Part shown: one piece after another, positions 48,260 to 57,900 of the stretch | Numbering within the stretch: position 1 is the first letter of the stretch | How the letters are laid out: each line of letters begins with the position of its first letter | DNA from: an uncultured virus (IMG/VR IMGVR_UViG_3300035686_000079) | Lineage: Duplodnaviria > Heunggongvirae > Uroviricota > Caudoviricetes | Reading direction: 5' to 3' (one strand) | Virus record (IMG/VR): IMGVR_UViG_3300035686_000079 | DNA: 64,000 bases | Program-made: the position numbers and the translations under genes | The notes under the pieces: model-generated | The model's input: only the letters and a program-made list of their open reading frames with translations | Database searches by the model: none | What the model was told of the DNA's origin: nothing

Positions 48260-49292
48260 CCCGAATCCAGCTACCTGATTCCGACTCGATCAATAGCCGC
48301 CCTTTGTACTGTTCGCAGATGTTCTGCACGATCGCCAGTCCCAAGCCCAGCCCATCTTTGTCCCAGAACTTCATGTAGGGTCCGATGCGAGCAATTTGCT
48401 CAGCCGTCAGTCCTACTCCTTCGTTGTAGACAGAAATTCGGTGATATCCGGGTGCTTCGTGCCGATCGTCAATTACAACAGGCGAACCCGGAGCGGAGAA
48501 CTTAAATGCGTTGTCCACAATGCAAGCAAGAATCTTGGACAGAGCTGAACTGGGCAACGCAATGGGTATAGGAATCAAATTGCACTGAACATCTTGCGAT
48601 CGTTGATATTGAATCCCAAAATCTGAAGCTATTTTTGTTCCTACTATAAATAAATCTGAAGAAGAATTCTCTAAAGGCTTAATCCCCAGTTCTTTGGAGG
48701 TTTCAGACGCATAATAACTCATCCAATTTTCAGTCAGCCTATTTTGTCGCAAGGCTGACTTCTGGATATCATCAACTAATTCCTTGGCCTCATCAGGCAG
48801 ATCCATCTCCTTCAGCAGGGAAATATTGGCAAGTATGCCATTCAACGGAGTTCTGAGTTCATGAGGAAGAACCTCATGAATTACAGACTGCATATGAGTA
48901 AGCTTGAAGTCAAACTCCTTATCTCGCCTACCCTTCTTTTCTAGTTGAGTAGCAATACTCTTAAGTAACTCCGAACGGGTAAAGGGTTTTGTAAGGTAAT
49001 CTTCTGCTCCTGATTCCATCCCTAGCCGCGTATCGGCAGGAGCCGCTTTAGCCGTCAGGAAAATGAATGGAGTGTCAATCGATCGCTCTCGAAGTCGAGC
49101 CAGTACCTCCATTCCATCCATGTGAGGCATCATGATGTCGCACAGGATTAAATCTGGAGAACAGGATAGAGCGAGGTCAACTCCCTCAATCCCGTTGGTT
49201 GCTTCGATAACATCAAACTCGTCGATAGCGAGAATATCAGCAATGTTCTCGCGTACCTCTGGATTGTCCTCGATGACTAATATTGTTGGCAT
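48234..49292 (-). CDS. Hybrid response regulator-histidine kinase (REC-HisKA-HATPase)
   Basis: ILVIEDN, ILCDIMMP, FLTAK, YLTKPF; HELRTPL; VDNAFKF; GLGLGLAI. Confidence 0.93.
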   Translation of the reverse strand: MPTILVIEDNPEVRENIADILAIDEFDVIEATNGIEGVDLALSCSPDLILCDIMMPHMDGMEVLARLRERSIDTPFIFLTAKAAPADTRLGMESGAEDYLTKPFTRSELLKSIATQLEKKGRRDKEFDFKLTHMQSVIHEVLPHELRTPLNGILANISLLKEMDLPDEAKELVDDIQKSALRQNRLTENWMSYYASETSKELGIKPLENSSSDLFIVGTKIASDFGIQYQRSQDVQCNLIPIPIALPSSALSKILACIVDNAFKFSAPGSPVVIDDRHEAPGYHRISVYNEGVGLTAEQIARIGPYMKFWDKDGLGLGLAIVQNICEQYKGRLLIESESGSWIRVNVVLPAA

Positions 49293-49396
49293 TTTTGTAG
49301 AGCGCAATGGCAGCTATAGGAAAGCAAAGAAAATAGGAAAAGTGCAATTAATTTAATCCCAACCAATAAAGGGGGATTTTCTTGACTGGAGAAAAC

Positions 49397-49900
49397 TCAA
49401 GCTACATGCAATTCTTTATGTGGGACTACTAGTTTTACAGGTTCTGACAGAACAAATGAATGCCCCTCTCGAACACACCGCATCTCCCAGAATTCCCCTT
49501 TGCGCTTCTTGCAAGGGAGTTGTCCTTTGATGTTTATCTTGAATGAATCTTTTTGAATGGAGCGTCTAATTTGCATAACCAATATTTTGTTTTTGTCATT
49601 CCAGAAATTTAGCTCTCCTCTAATACAAAACCAGTCTATTAATCTAGGACTTGGATCGGGCATGATGGCGATCGCATAAAACGATAGTGATTCGGCATGA
49701 CATCTGGGATAAACATGAAAAACCTGCTCCTGTTTTAGTATTTCAGGATGTTTCCTTAACCATGCCCTCATGGAGGGGCTTAATGAGAGGGCAAACTCCC
49801 CATCGTCAGCTTTGATGACATTTTTTGAAGGGATATACAGCCCTTTTATGAATCCGTTGGCTTGATATTTGGACTCATTCGATGATGTAAATCTATCCAT
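49397..49900 (-). CDS. Hypothetical protein resembling a conserved cyanobacterial family (start uncertain)
   Basis: YQANGFIKGLY, VYPR, FCIRGE, FW motifs; the 5' part of the track ORF is antisense to the 49869 ORF. Confidence 0.6.
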   Translation of the reverse strand: MDRFTSSNESKYQANGFIKGLYIPSKNVIKADDGEFALSLSPSMRAWLRKHPEILKQEQVFHVYPRCHAESLSFYAIAIMPDPSPRLIDWFCIRGELNFWNDKNKILVMQIRRSIQKDSFKINIKGQLPCKKRKGEFWEMRCVREGHSFVLSEPVKLVVPHKELHVA

Positions 49901-52244
49901 GGTTGACATTACTAACTCCCAAATTACAGTTGTTAACTCTCCAGAATTATCCTCTCTCCTGACTTCGGCACCAGTGGCACCCACTGAACAAACGGGAACG
50001 TTAAAGGATGCCAAGACGACGACTGATGACAAGTCTAAGACTGGCAACAAAACTGACAGCAAAAAAGAGGACAAGGACGATAAAGGCGCTGACAAGCGCT
50101 CTAGACATTATATCCGGATAAAGTTTGGAGGTGATCCAACTGGGACATTGCCCACCACGGCGAGCAGTGAGCCGGACAAAAGTACTTTTGAATACATGGC
50201 TCAAGCCTTGAAAATGTTAGGTGGAGACGCCACATTGATTTCTGCCACTGAGCTAGCAGCAAAGTGGGAGCAGGAGCGGAACGCTACTAACAACGAACTG
50301 GCAGCACGCCTTCAGGCGTTAGGTGGAGACGCTACATTAATCTCTGCTGCCCAAACCGTTAATAAAATCAACACAACACCCAAAACTCAAGCAACCGACA
50401 AGCCTTCATCGCCGAATCCCGCCGCACCTAACCAACCCATAGCTAAAGACAAAAATATCGTCATTCCAGATTATTTAAAACCAGAAAATTTTAAGCCGCC
50501 TTCTACCACACCAGCGACAAATACCGCAACACCGACATTACGCAAGTTTGATACCAATGATGCCTCGACGGGTACGAAGGTAGCAGAAAACATCAAGAGT
50601 GGGCAGCTAGGTGTTGGAAAATTTGATATTAAAACGGAAGATCTTGTCAAGGCTGGAGAGCAAGCCAAGGTAAAGAAGCAAGAAGCCGAGGGGACAAGAG
50701 AGATCGAGTTTAACAGTCTTAATGGCGATTTATTGGGTCGCACGGAGGTGATTTCATCAAGTACTCAGCACAACTCAGCGAAGTTCACAATTTATGACCC
50801 TAAAGATGAATTCAGGGCAATCATACCCAAACTGAAAAACGTTCAAGTAACCATAGGGTTTGTCGATGGTTATTCAAAGAACGTCTTTGTTGGGATTGTC
50901 TTGGAGGTAGGACGCAAACCGCCCCACGGAACTTTTGTTTGGGCGATCGATCCAAGCTATGAACTCAAGGCTCCGGCGTCGGGAACCAACGTTACATCCC
51001 CTCCCAATACGTCTTCGGCTCAGTCTGATGCCAAGACAATGGCAGAACTAGCCGGTACGCTTACTTTATTAGGCGGGGACAAGCGACTTATTAATTTAGC
51101 AGAAACCTTAAATAAAGACTTACAAAGCCAAGAACAAGTAAAATCCATTGCTCAAGATATTTCGGCAATTGACAGTAACTCTGAGCTGGCTAAAATAGCT
51201 GGCTCTTTAGTCAAAAAGCCAACTACTCCTCAAACGCCTACTACGCCTCAGGCTCCTGCCACCACGCCCCAAACGCCTACTACGCCTCAGGCTCCTGCCA
51301 CCACGCCCCAACAAGCCTCTGCCACTCAAAATCCAGCCCCTTCAACTAACGGCGATTTGTTAGCCGAAATCAAAAAGGCAGATAATTCAATGTCGCCTTC
51401 ATTGGCACAGCAATTTGTTGGACTCGCTCCTAACAAAGACCTGAAATTCAAAGACCAAACCAATGGCATCACCATCCAGAAGATGGGCGAGGTTCAACTC
51501 CAACAAAGCCAGCTAGCGGCAGCGCAAACTCAAGCTGCACTGAAAGGAGACATTGTTGTTGTTCGAGGCAACACACTGGTAGAGGCATCTCCAGGCAAAG
51601 GAGAAAGCACGGGTGTAATTTTAGACTTCAAAGGCAACCCCTCTACTTTCATTGGTGCTCCAGTAATCAAAAAACGATCGCCTGTTTCCCTGCAAGGGCC
51701 AGCCGGAGGGGTAATGGTTCAGGGCTGGAATCCTCAAACCAAGCAGTTAACCAGAGGCATTGCCTACACGCAGGGTGGACCGACTCAGCATCCTACGGGT
51801 GTTATCAATCCACCGGAATGGAAGGCTGTAAAACTTTCCGATCCTATCATTCCCGGTTCGCCTTATACCTGGGGAGATGCAACGAAGGAAGGAGCGCGAG
51901 TTCCGGAGACAAAACAAATTATGGGGGGGATTATCAGAATTGCTACAATTATTACCGAATTCACTAAAAAGACGGGTCAACAAAAGTGGGTAATCACGTC
52001 TTGGTATCGCGATCCAGTTAGCAATAGAAATGCAGATGGAGCAACTAATTCTCGACACCTGTACGGGGATGCTGTTGACTTCTATTTCGATGGTCCAGAG
52101 TATACCAAATTCTTCAAAGAATTGTGGGCTGATGGTGAAGGGGGAAAGCAGGGTTGGGCTGGAGGAATAGCTCAGGGCAGTGGTTTCACGCACATAGATG
52201 ACAGAGCATCCCAAGGAGAGGCTAGATCGAGATGGTATTATTGA
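49869..52244 (+). CDS. Tail/baseplate-hub-like protein with C-terminal peptidase M15A (cell-wall hydrolase) domain
   Basis: ITSWYR...N...GATNSRHLYGDAVDF...FTHID; P/T-rich linkers; AKFTIYDP...VTIGF...VFVGIV hub-like segment. Confidence 0.78.
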   Translation: MDSFDDVNLSMVDITNSQITVVNSPELSSLLTSAPVAPTEQTGTLKDAKTTTDDKSKTGNKTDSKKEDKDDKGADKRSRHYIRIKFGGDPTGTLPTTASSEPDKSTFEYMAQALKMLGGDATLISATELAAKWEQERNATNNELAARLQALGGDATLISAAQTVNKINTTPKTQATDKPSSPNPAAPNQPIAKDKNIVIPDYLKPENFKPPSTTPATNTATPTLRKFDTNDASTGTKVAENIKSGQLGVGKFDIKTEDLVKAGEQAKVKKQEAEGTREIEFNSLNGDLLGRTEVISSSTQHNSAKFTIYDPKDEFRAIIPKLKNVQVTIGFVDGYSKNVFVGIVLEVGRKPPHGTFVWAIDPSYELKAPASGTNVTSPPNTSSAQSDAKTMAELAGTLTLLGGDKRLINLAETLNKDLQSQEQVKSIAQDISAIDSNSELAKIAGSLVKKPTTPQTPTTPQAPATTPQTPTTPQAPATTPQQASATQNPAPSTNGDLLAEIKKADNSMSPSLAQQFVGLAPNKDLKFKDQTNGITIQKMGEVQLQQSQLAAAQTQAALKGDIVVVRGNTLVEASPGKGESTGVILDFKGNPSTFIGAPVIKKRSPVSLQGPAGGVMVQGWNPQTKQLTRGIAYTQGGPTQHPTGVINPPEWKAVKLSDPIIPGSPYTWGDATKEGARVPETKQIMGGIIRIATIITEFTKKTGQQKWVITSWYRDPVSNRNADGATNSRHLYGDAVDFYFDGPEYTKFFKELWADGEGGKQGWAGGIAQGSGFTHIDDRASQGEARSRWYY
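51231..51308 (+). repeat. 39-bp in-frame tandem duplication (QTPTTPQAPATTP x2)
   Basis: Identical units at 51231-51269 and 51270-51308. Confidence 0.93.
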
Positions 52245-52636
52245 TGCAAGAAAAATCGCAACAATTGACGATCGAATCTATTAGGAAAAGTCTAACACAA
52301 CAAACTCAATGGTTGACATTGGAAGGGGCGATCGTTTACGTTTGTCACAAGCTTCTTGAAAAACGAACTTACCCAAGTAAGATGATTTCCGAATGTCCTG
52401 CACCGTATGAAATCTCGGACACGATTTGTTATCGCGCTATTAATTGGCTCATCGAGCAGCGAATAATTACCAGCCAAATAGAGAAGTTAGCTGAGTTTAA
52501 GCGGGGGCGTCCGCGACGGATGCTCGATATTACTGAGGGCAACAGGGCGAAGGCTGAGGAACTGGCGAAGCTGTGGATCGATGTTTACGGACGATCGGTT
52601 GTGCAAACGGAAACCCCGCAAAGCCTTGACGAATAA
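52244..52636 (+). CDS. pex: PadR-family regulator, homologue of cyanobacterial circadian period extender Pex
   Basis: L..E.AI.YV, Y.ISDT..Y.A..WL, RGRPRRM, AEELAKLW match Pex signature motifs; TGATG coupling to the upstream gene. Confidence 0.8.
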   Translation: MQEKSQQLTIESIRKSLTQQTQWLTLEGAIVYVCHKLLEKRTYPSKMISECPAPYEISDTICYRAINWLIEQRIITSQIEKLAEFKRGRPRRMLDITEGNRAKAEELAKLWIDVYGRSVVQTETPQSLDE

Positions 52637-52654
52637 GGCTTTGTGGGGAATTAG

Positions 52655-53236
52655 ATGGTGTGTACGGATTCCGTAAAGTATTTTATGATCGCAAAACAAC
52701 GACCGCTAATATTCTATGACTGGGAGTTCCAAGAAGACGGTATAACAATAGATCCGATCAGCCTTGGGATGGTATCAAGTGATGGGCGGGAGCTTTACCT
52801 AATCAACAAAAGTTTTGACTGGAATAAAGCAACAGATTGGTTAAGGCAAAACGTGAAGCCCAATCTATACCTTGTTGAGCCGCAATTCAGCTCAACACTT
52901 GAAGTAACAAAGCAAGAACTACACAACTGTATTCTCAGTTTTTTAACAGCACAATTTGAGGCTACCAGCGAGAAGCCGAAACTTATTGGCTGGTTCTCAG
53001 CTTACGATTTTGTTTGTACGGCTCAAAGATTTGGAGCTTTAGTTGATAAACCCAATTTACTACCTTGGTGGAATTGCGACTTAAAGCAATGGGCAGACGA
53101 CTTAGGTAACCCAAGGCTGCCAGAAAAACCAGCTCAACACAATGCGTTACTTGACGCTCGGTGGGTAAAAGACTCATACAAATGGTTAAGCGAAAACTAC
53201 AATCACCCAGCTTGGACAGTTCAGTCCACTGACTAG
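52655..53236 (+). CDS. DEDDh 3'-5' exoribonuclease (RNase AS/Rv2179c-like); likely start 52687
   Basis: IFYDWEFQEDG, ISLGMV...ELY, WLRQNV, SAYDFV, HNALLDARW. Confidence 0.85.
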   Translation: MVCTDSVKYFMIAKQRPLIFYDWEFQEDGITIDPISLGMVSSDGRELYLINKSFDWNKATDWLRQNVKPNLYLVEPQFSSTLEVTKQELHNCILSFLTAQFEATSEKPKLIGWFSAYDFVCTAQRFGALVDKPNLLPWWNCDLKQWADDLGNPRLPEKPAQHNALLDARWVKDSYKWLSENYNHPAWTVQSTD

Positions 53237-53371
53237 CGCTAAGGCTGAGGAACTGGCAAAGCTGTGGATCGATGTTTACGGGCGATCGGTTACGCAGGCG
53301 GAAACCCCGCAAAGCATTGAGGAGTAAGGCTTGCGGGGTTTAAGAAGGCGTTTACGGATTCCGTAAACGGA

Positions 53372-54034
53372 TCAATCGACATCACCGTGCCAGGAATTTG
53401 CAGCTCTCCAGTTCCTCAAACGAAAGGCTTCCTCCTGAAAATATCGACCTTGATTGGCTTGATGTTCCAAAAGCGCAATTTCGATAGACCATTCATCCAG
53501 TTGTTTTTCCTTCTCGCCCAAGGCTTCCCGTAGGTGAGAAACTTCATTCTGTAGTTCAACCTTTCCTTCCACAAACAACTTTTCTATAACCTCATACACC
53601 CAAACTTCTAAGTCTGGGTTTAACCAAGTAGCGAGACGTAAAGCAACTCGCCTATGCCCCCATGTCCCCTGCAACTCAGGAACACCACCCTGGTAGACTT
53701 CAACTAATGGTTTAAATACTGAACTATTCTCAATAAGCTCCGTTACGCTTTTTGGCGCAACGGGCGAAGGCGGCACAAAATAGAAGATAAAGTCCGTTGC
53801 GCTATTCTCAATAAAAGACTTGTTTAACCTATACGCCAATGCCTTCATATAACTCTCGGTTGAATCAATACGCAAAAAATTGTTGATTCGCTTGTTATAG
53901 ATTTTGCACATTGCAGTTAAGTTCCAATACTCGTCTTCTGGGCGAATCAATACACGATGCCCCTCAAAGTATTGCTCTACTAAAGATAAGCTGCTCATCG
54001 GTTTTATTCCTCTGCTAGTTCTTCTAGTGTGCAA
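53372..54034 (-). CDS. KilA-N domain protein (likely start about 53998)
   Basis: YWNLTAMCK...INNFLR...QGTWGHRRVALRLATWLNP. Confidence 0.88.
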   Translation of the reverse strand: MHTRRTSRGIKPMSSLSLVEQYFEGHRVLIRPEDEYWNLTAMCKIYNKRINNFLRIDSTESYMKALAYRLNKSFIENSATDFIFYFVPPSPVAPKSVTELIENSSVFKPLVEVYQGGVPELQGTWGHRRVALRLATWLNPDLEVWVYEVIEKLFVEGKVELQNEVSHLREALGEKEKQLDEWSIEIALLEHQANQGRYFQEEAFRLRNWRAANSWHGDVD

Positions 54035-54201
54035 TCAAGGACGCGGCATAGCTGGCGCATATCCTTAAAATTTAGTCTGGCTTCTCTTCTGCCTGATTCC
54101 CAATTTTGAACGGTGGTAACCGTTACGCCAAGCGCTTCAGCTACCTGCCTTTGAGTTAACCCAGCTCTGTTTCTTAACTTAATCAAGGTGTCGGACTGCA
54201 A
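54004..54201 (-). CDS. XRE/Cro-family HTH regulator
   Basis: LRNRAGLTQRQVAEALGVTVTTVQNWESG. Confidence 0.9.
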   Translation of the reverse strand: MQSDTLIKLRNRAGLTQRQVAEALGVTVTTVQNWESGRREARLNFKDMRQLCRVLDCTLEELAEE

Positions 54202-54366
54202 TTTGTAATTCGTCTCCTTTAGATTAACACTTGTTAGTTAAAGTGTGTTAGCCTTATAGACACACCAAAGCGATCGCGTCTCAGTATGGCTGCCGTGGCG
54301 CGATCGCATCTTTCATCCTCACAAGGAGGCAAGATCTCATTATGCCAATTTTTGAGCTAAATTCCT

Positions 54367-54858
54367 ATGGCTCAGCGTCTTATTTCTTCGGCATCAACAG
54401 TGATTGTTGCTACGAAGAATGCCCAAACTCAGCGGTGTTCTACGACGCTTGCAATTTCGGCTACTGTCTGGAACACTGGGAGGGCGAAATTAATGTTTAG
54501 CCCTGGAACCAATGTCGATATTTTCTCTCCAGCAGACCAACCTTCAGGTGAGTGGGTTTGGATTGGAGGCTACCAAATCTCCACTAGCAAGAAGCAGCGC
54601 CATACGAGGCTTCCAAAAACTCTAGTGAATCCATTGACGAGAGAGATAGAGAAGTGCCTCGTCGTCCAAAATGGGCCTAGAGCTTTCCCTGTTTGCCAAT
54701 CACATGTTCGACTCGCAGCGAAAGATGCTTGGAAATACCCAAAACTCAATTTGTCTCGAACGATCGCCTTAGCAGGTGTTGTTATTGCGGATGAATCAGA
54801 CAAGGCCGATCTGGAAGCGATAAGTGAGATAGGCGTTAGCTCGGAGGAAGAAGTTTAG
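54367..54858 (+). CDS. Hypothetical protein
   Basis: 163-aa ORF followed by a terminator hairpin. Confidence 0.6.
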   Translation: MAQRLISSASTVIVATKNAQTQRCSTTLAISATVWNTGRAKLMFSPGTNVDIFSPADQPSGEWVWIGGYQISTSKKQRHTRLPKTLVNPLTREIEKCLVVQNGPRAFPVCQSHVRLAAKDAWKYPKLNLSRTIALAGVVIADESDKADLEAISEIGVSSEEEV

Positions 54859-54950
54859 AACAGAAAAAAGACGCAATCTGCCGCTCCTTCGGGGCGGTTT
54901 TTTTTGTTAATGTCAACACGCTATAGTAGGGTGTGCCTTCTCTTCTAATT

Positions 54951-54974
54951 AACACCGTTCGATCGAACGGTGTT
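54951..54974. repeat. 24-bp palindrome, copy 9 (perfect), 11 bp before the tape-measure ATG
   Basis: AACACCGTTCGATCGAACGGTGTT. Confidence 0.97.
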
Positions 54975-54985
54975 CCCCTACCAAT

Positions 54986-57900
54986 ATGGATGACGATTTC
55001 GATCAATTTGGTATTTCGGCTCTCTATTCCTTTGCGATCGAAAAGAACGCAATCACCAACATGCAAAAGGTGAGGGGAGAGATTCGGGCACTGGAGGACG
55101 ATTTCAGCCAGATGATCCGAGCCTTCGAGCAGGGTAACTTCTCTGCCCCGATCGCCAAGGAAACAGCGACGGTCAAAAAGTCGATGCAGACCGTATCGAC
55201 AGCGGCGGGGCAAAGTGCCGACAATATGAAGTTGGTGAGAAAGGCGATCGCACCACTCAAACAGGAGTTTCGCGCTCTAAAAGCCGCATCTAGCAACATC
55301 ACCTTTGGAGAGCTTAACGACGACCAACAGTTTAAAGATGCCTCCAGGGCGGTTAAACAGTACGTTCGGGACTTGGAGGCATTACAGCAACAGATTGGTG
55401 GTACAACAGCTCTAGAACGTGAGTTCACAGAAGTTCTCAAGCGTCAGCAGACGATCGCGCAAGGGCGAGTCGATCTAGCAGAGGCGGAACGACGAGCCGC
55501 CAGAGCATCTCAAAACTTAGGCAGTGCCCAAGCCCTTCAAGGTGCGGGGAAAGCAATCCTAAATACCTTGTCTGAGCCGATGGAAGCGGCGCAAGAATTG
55601 CAGCAAGGGTTGGGGACGATCGCAAAACTGGCGGGTGATATCAGCCCTCAAGGATTAACTGACGTTAAGAACGAAATCCTTGGGTTGAGTGCCGCGATGG
55701 CAACGGCAGACACCCAAGTCAGTAGCGTCTTTGAAGATTTGGCGGGGGCGGGGAAGGCATTTAATGACGCGATCGACCCTAAAACCGGACGCCGTGCCAT
55801 TCAGGAGCGGATGCGCGAAGTCGAACAAATCCTCAAAAATAAGGCAGCACTGGACATCACAACGGGAGCCGCCACTCAGTTAAATATCACACTCGGTTCC
55901 ATCTATAAAGACAGTCTACCGAACTATGCTGGTGGAGTAGTAGAGGTTAACGCCCGTGCCGCTAGCTCCATCAACGAGCTTAGCGATAAGTTGAGCGACG
56001 TGCGTATATCTGCCGAAGATGTCATCCCAGTGATGAATGTGGTAATGAACACCATTGGGGATGCAGCAAACTTTCCAGTAGACCAGATTGCCGCATTCAG
56101 TGCAGCAGTAAGCGCATTAGGGACGATCGAACCGGAAGCGGCTGGCAGCTTTTTCAACCGATTTAGTGCTGCTATCAGTAAAAATCCTGCTGCATTTGTT
56201 GAGAAGCTGGGATATGAATCAGCAGAGGCATTTGATAAGGCACTAAATGAGGACAAGCTAGATATAATTGTCCGGATTGCAGAGCAATATAAATCTATTA
56301 ATGGTGAATTAGAGAGAGGTAAATTCCTAGGAAAAGGGGGGTTGGGGATAGCCTCAGCTCAAGACCAAAAATTAATTCAAGGACTATCTAATAACATTAA
56401 AGTTCTCAAAGAAGCCAGGGTCGTTGCAAGAGAAGGCTTCTACGGGGAGGAAGGAAAAGAATTATCGGTACAAGCGGAGTTTAACCGTGTCATTCAAACC
56501 TCTGCATTTCAGGCTGAGCGGTTTAATAAAACAGTAACGGCGCTCAAAGATACGATCGGATTGGCGGTGCAAGAAGCCATTACGCCGATGCTGGAAACAT
56601 TGTCCAACACAATGGATTTTGTCCTACAGCTAACCCAAAAGTTCCCTGGAGTAACTAAAGCAGTATCATTGGGTGCATTAGCATTTGGGGCATTAGCTGC
56701 TGCTGCCGGAACAGCGGGAGTAGTTTTATTTAGTCTGGAACAGGCTGGAGCCGTTGCCACTATTGCGCTTGGCTCGATGGAGCGCTCCATGCTGCCCCTT
56801 ACGGGTTTCTTTCAGACTGCCCAAACAGCTCTAAGCGGCACGAATCCACTGGAGACGTTCTTTCACAACAACACCAAATTAGCCACTGACTTTGGTGATG
56901 CAGCAACACTGAACTTCAAGGAAACGGGGCGTGGGCTACGAGCGCTTGCAACCCAGGCGATCAGTACGGGACGTGCTTTTGTTGTATTGTCTCGCTCAAT
57001 CATTTTATCCCCGCTCGGAATTGCCATAGGCAGCTTCATTCTGCTCAATACTTTACTAGAGCAAGTTGTACCGGGATTTAATCTATTAGGAGTAGTGCTA
57101 GGGGCTATTGCCGCACCGTTTGGATTTATCTACGGACTACTAAAAGGGTTAACTGAGTCTCTCCTAGAATTTTTAGGCGTTACTAGCGGTGGCACGCTGG
57201 GAGCGATCGCACCATTATTTCAGACTATTAGCAATGCAATTCAGGTTGCTGCCAAAAGTTTCATGTTGTTTGCCAGCTCTGGAGAACGAGTAGGGCAGGC
57301 GCTGGGACATGCCATCGTTTTCCCCTTCAGATTTGCTGGTGAAACGATCGTCAACATCTGGAACAAGACGATCGGTGCAATGCGGAATATCTTGAGTCCG
57401 TTTGCTGATTTTGTAAATTTAATTGGATTATTATTAGTCTCTTTCTTAGCCGAAGCATCACCAGGACCAACCTACTGGATTCGCAAGAAATGGACTTATA
57501 CCATTGATTACTTGCAAGGGCTGTTCGGACATTTGGTTCAATCAGCAGCAAGTGTTGGAACGAGGATCAGGGATACATTCACTTCAATTTTCCCAACTAC
57601 AGCTATCTCTCAAGAATTTACAGGGATTGCTGGAGCAGCGACAGACAGTGGCAACGTCATTATCAATGGACTAGGCTCGGCTTTCCGGTTTATTGTTGGA
57701 GTACTCAGTGCGGTTATCCATGCCGTAGACCTTGTTAACAAGGCGTTTCTCAATATTGGTGGCAACACAACAGTTGACGAACGAATTGCCGCCAGACGGG
57801 AAATCTTTAGTGGATTTATTAAAGTCCTGATTGGCGTTGGTCACGCCTTCGTCTTTGTGGGCAAGGCTATAGCCTCTTTCGTTCAGTTTGAGAAACAAAT

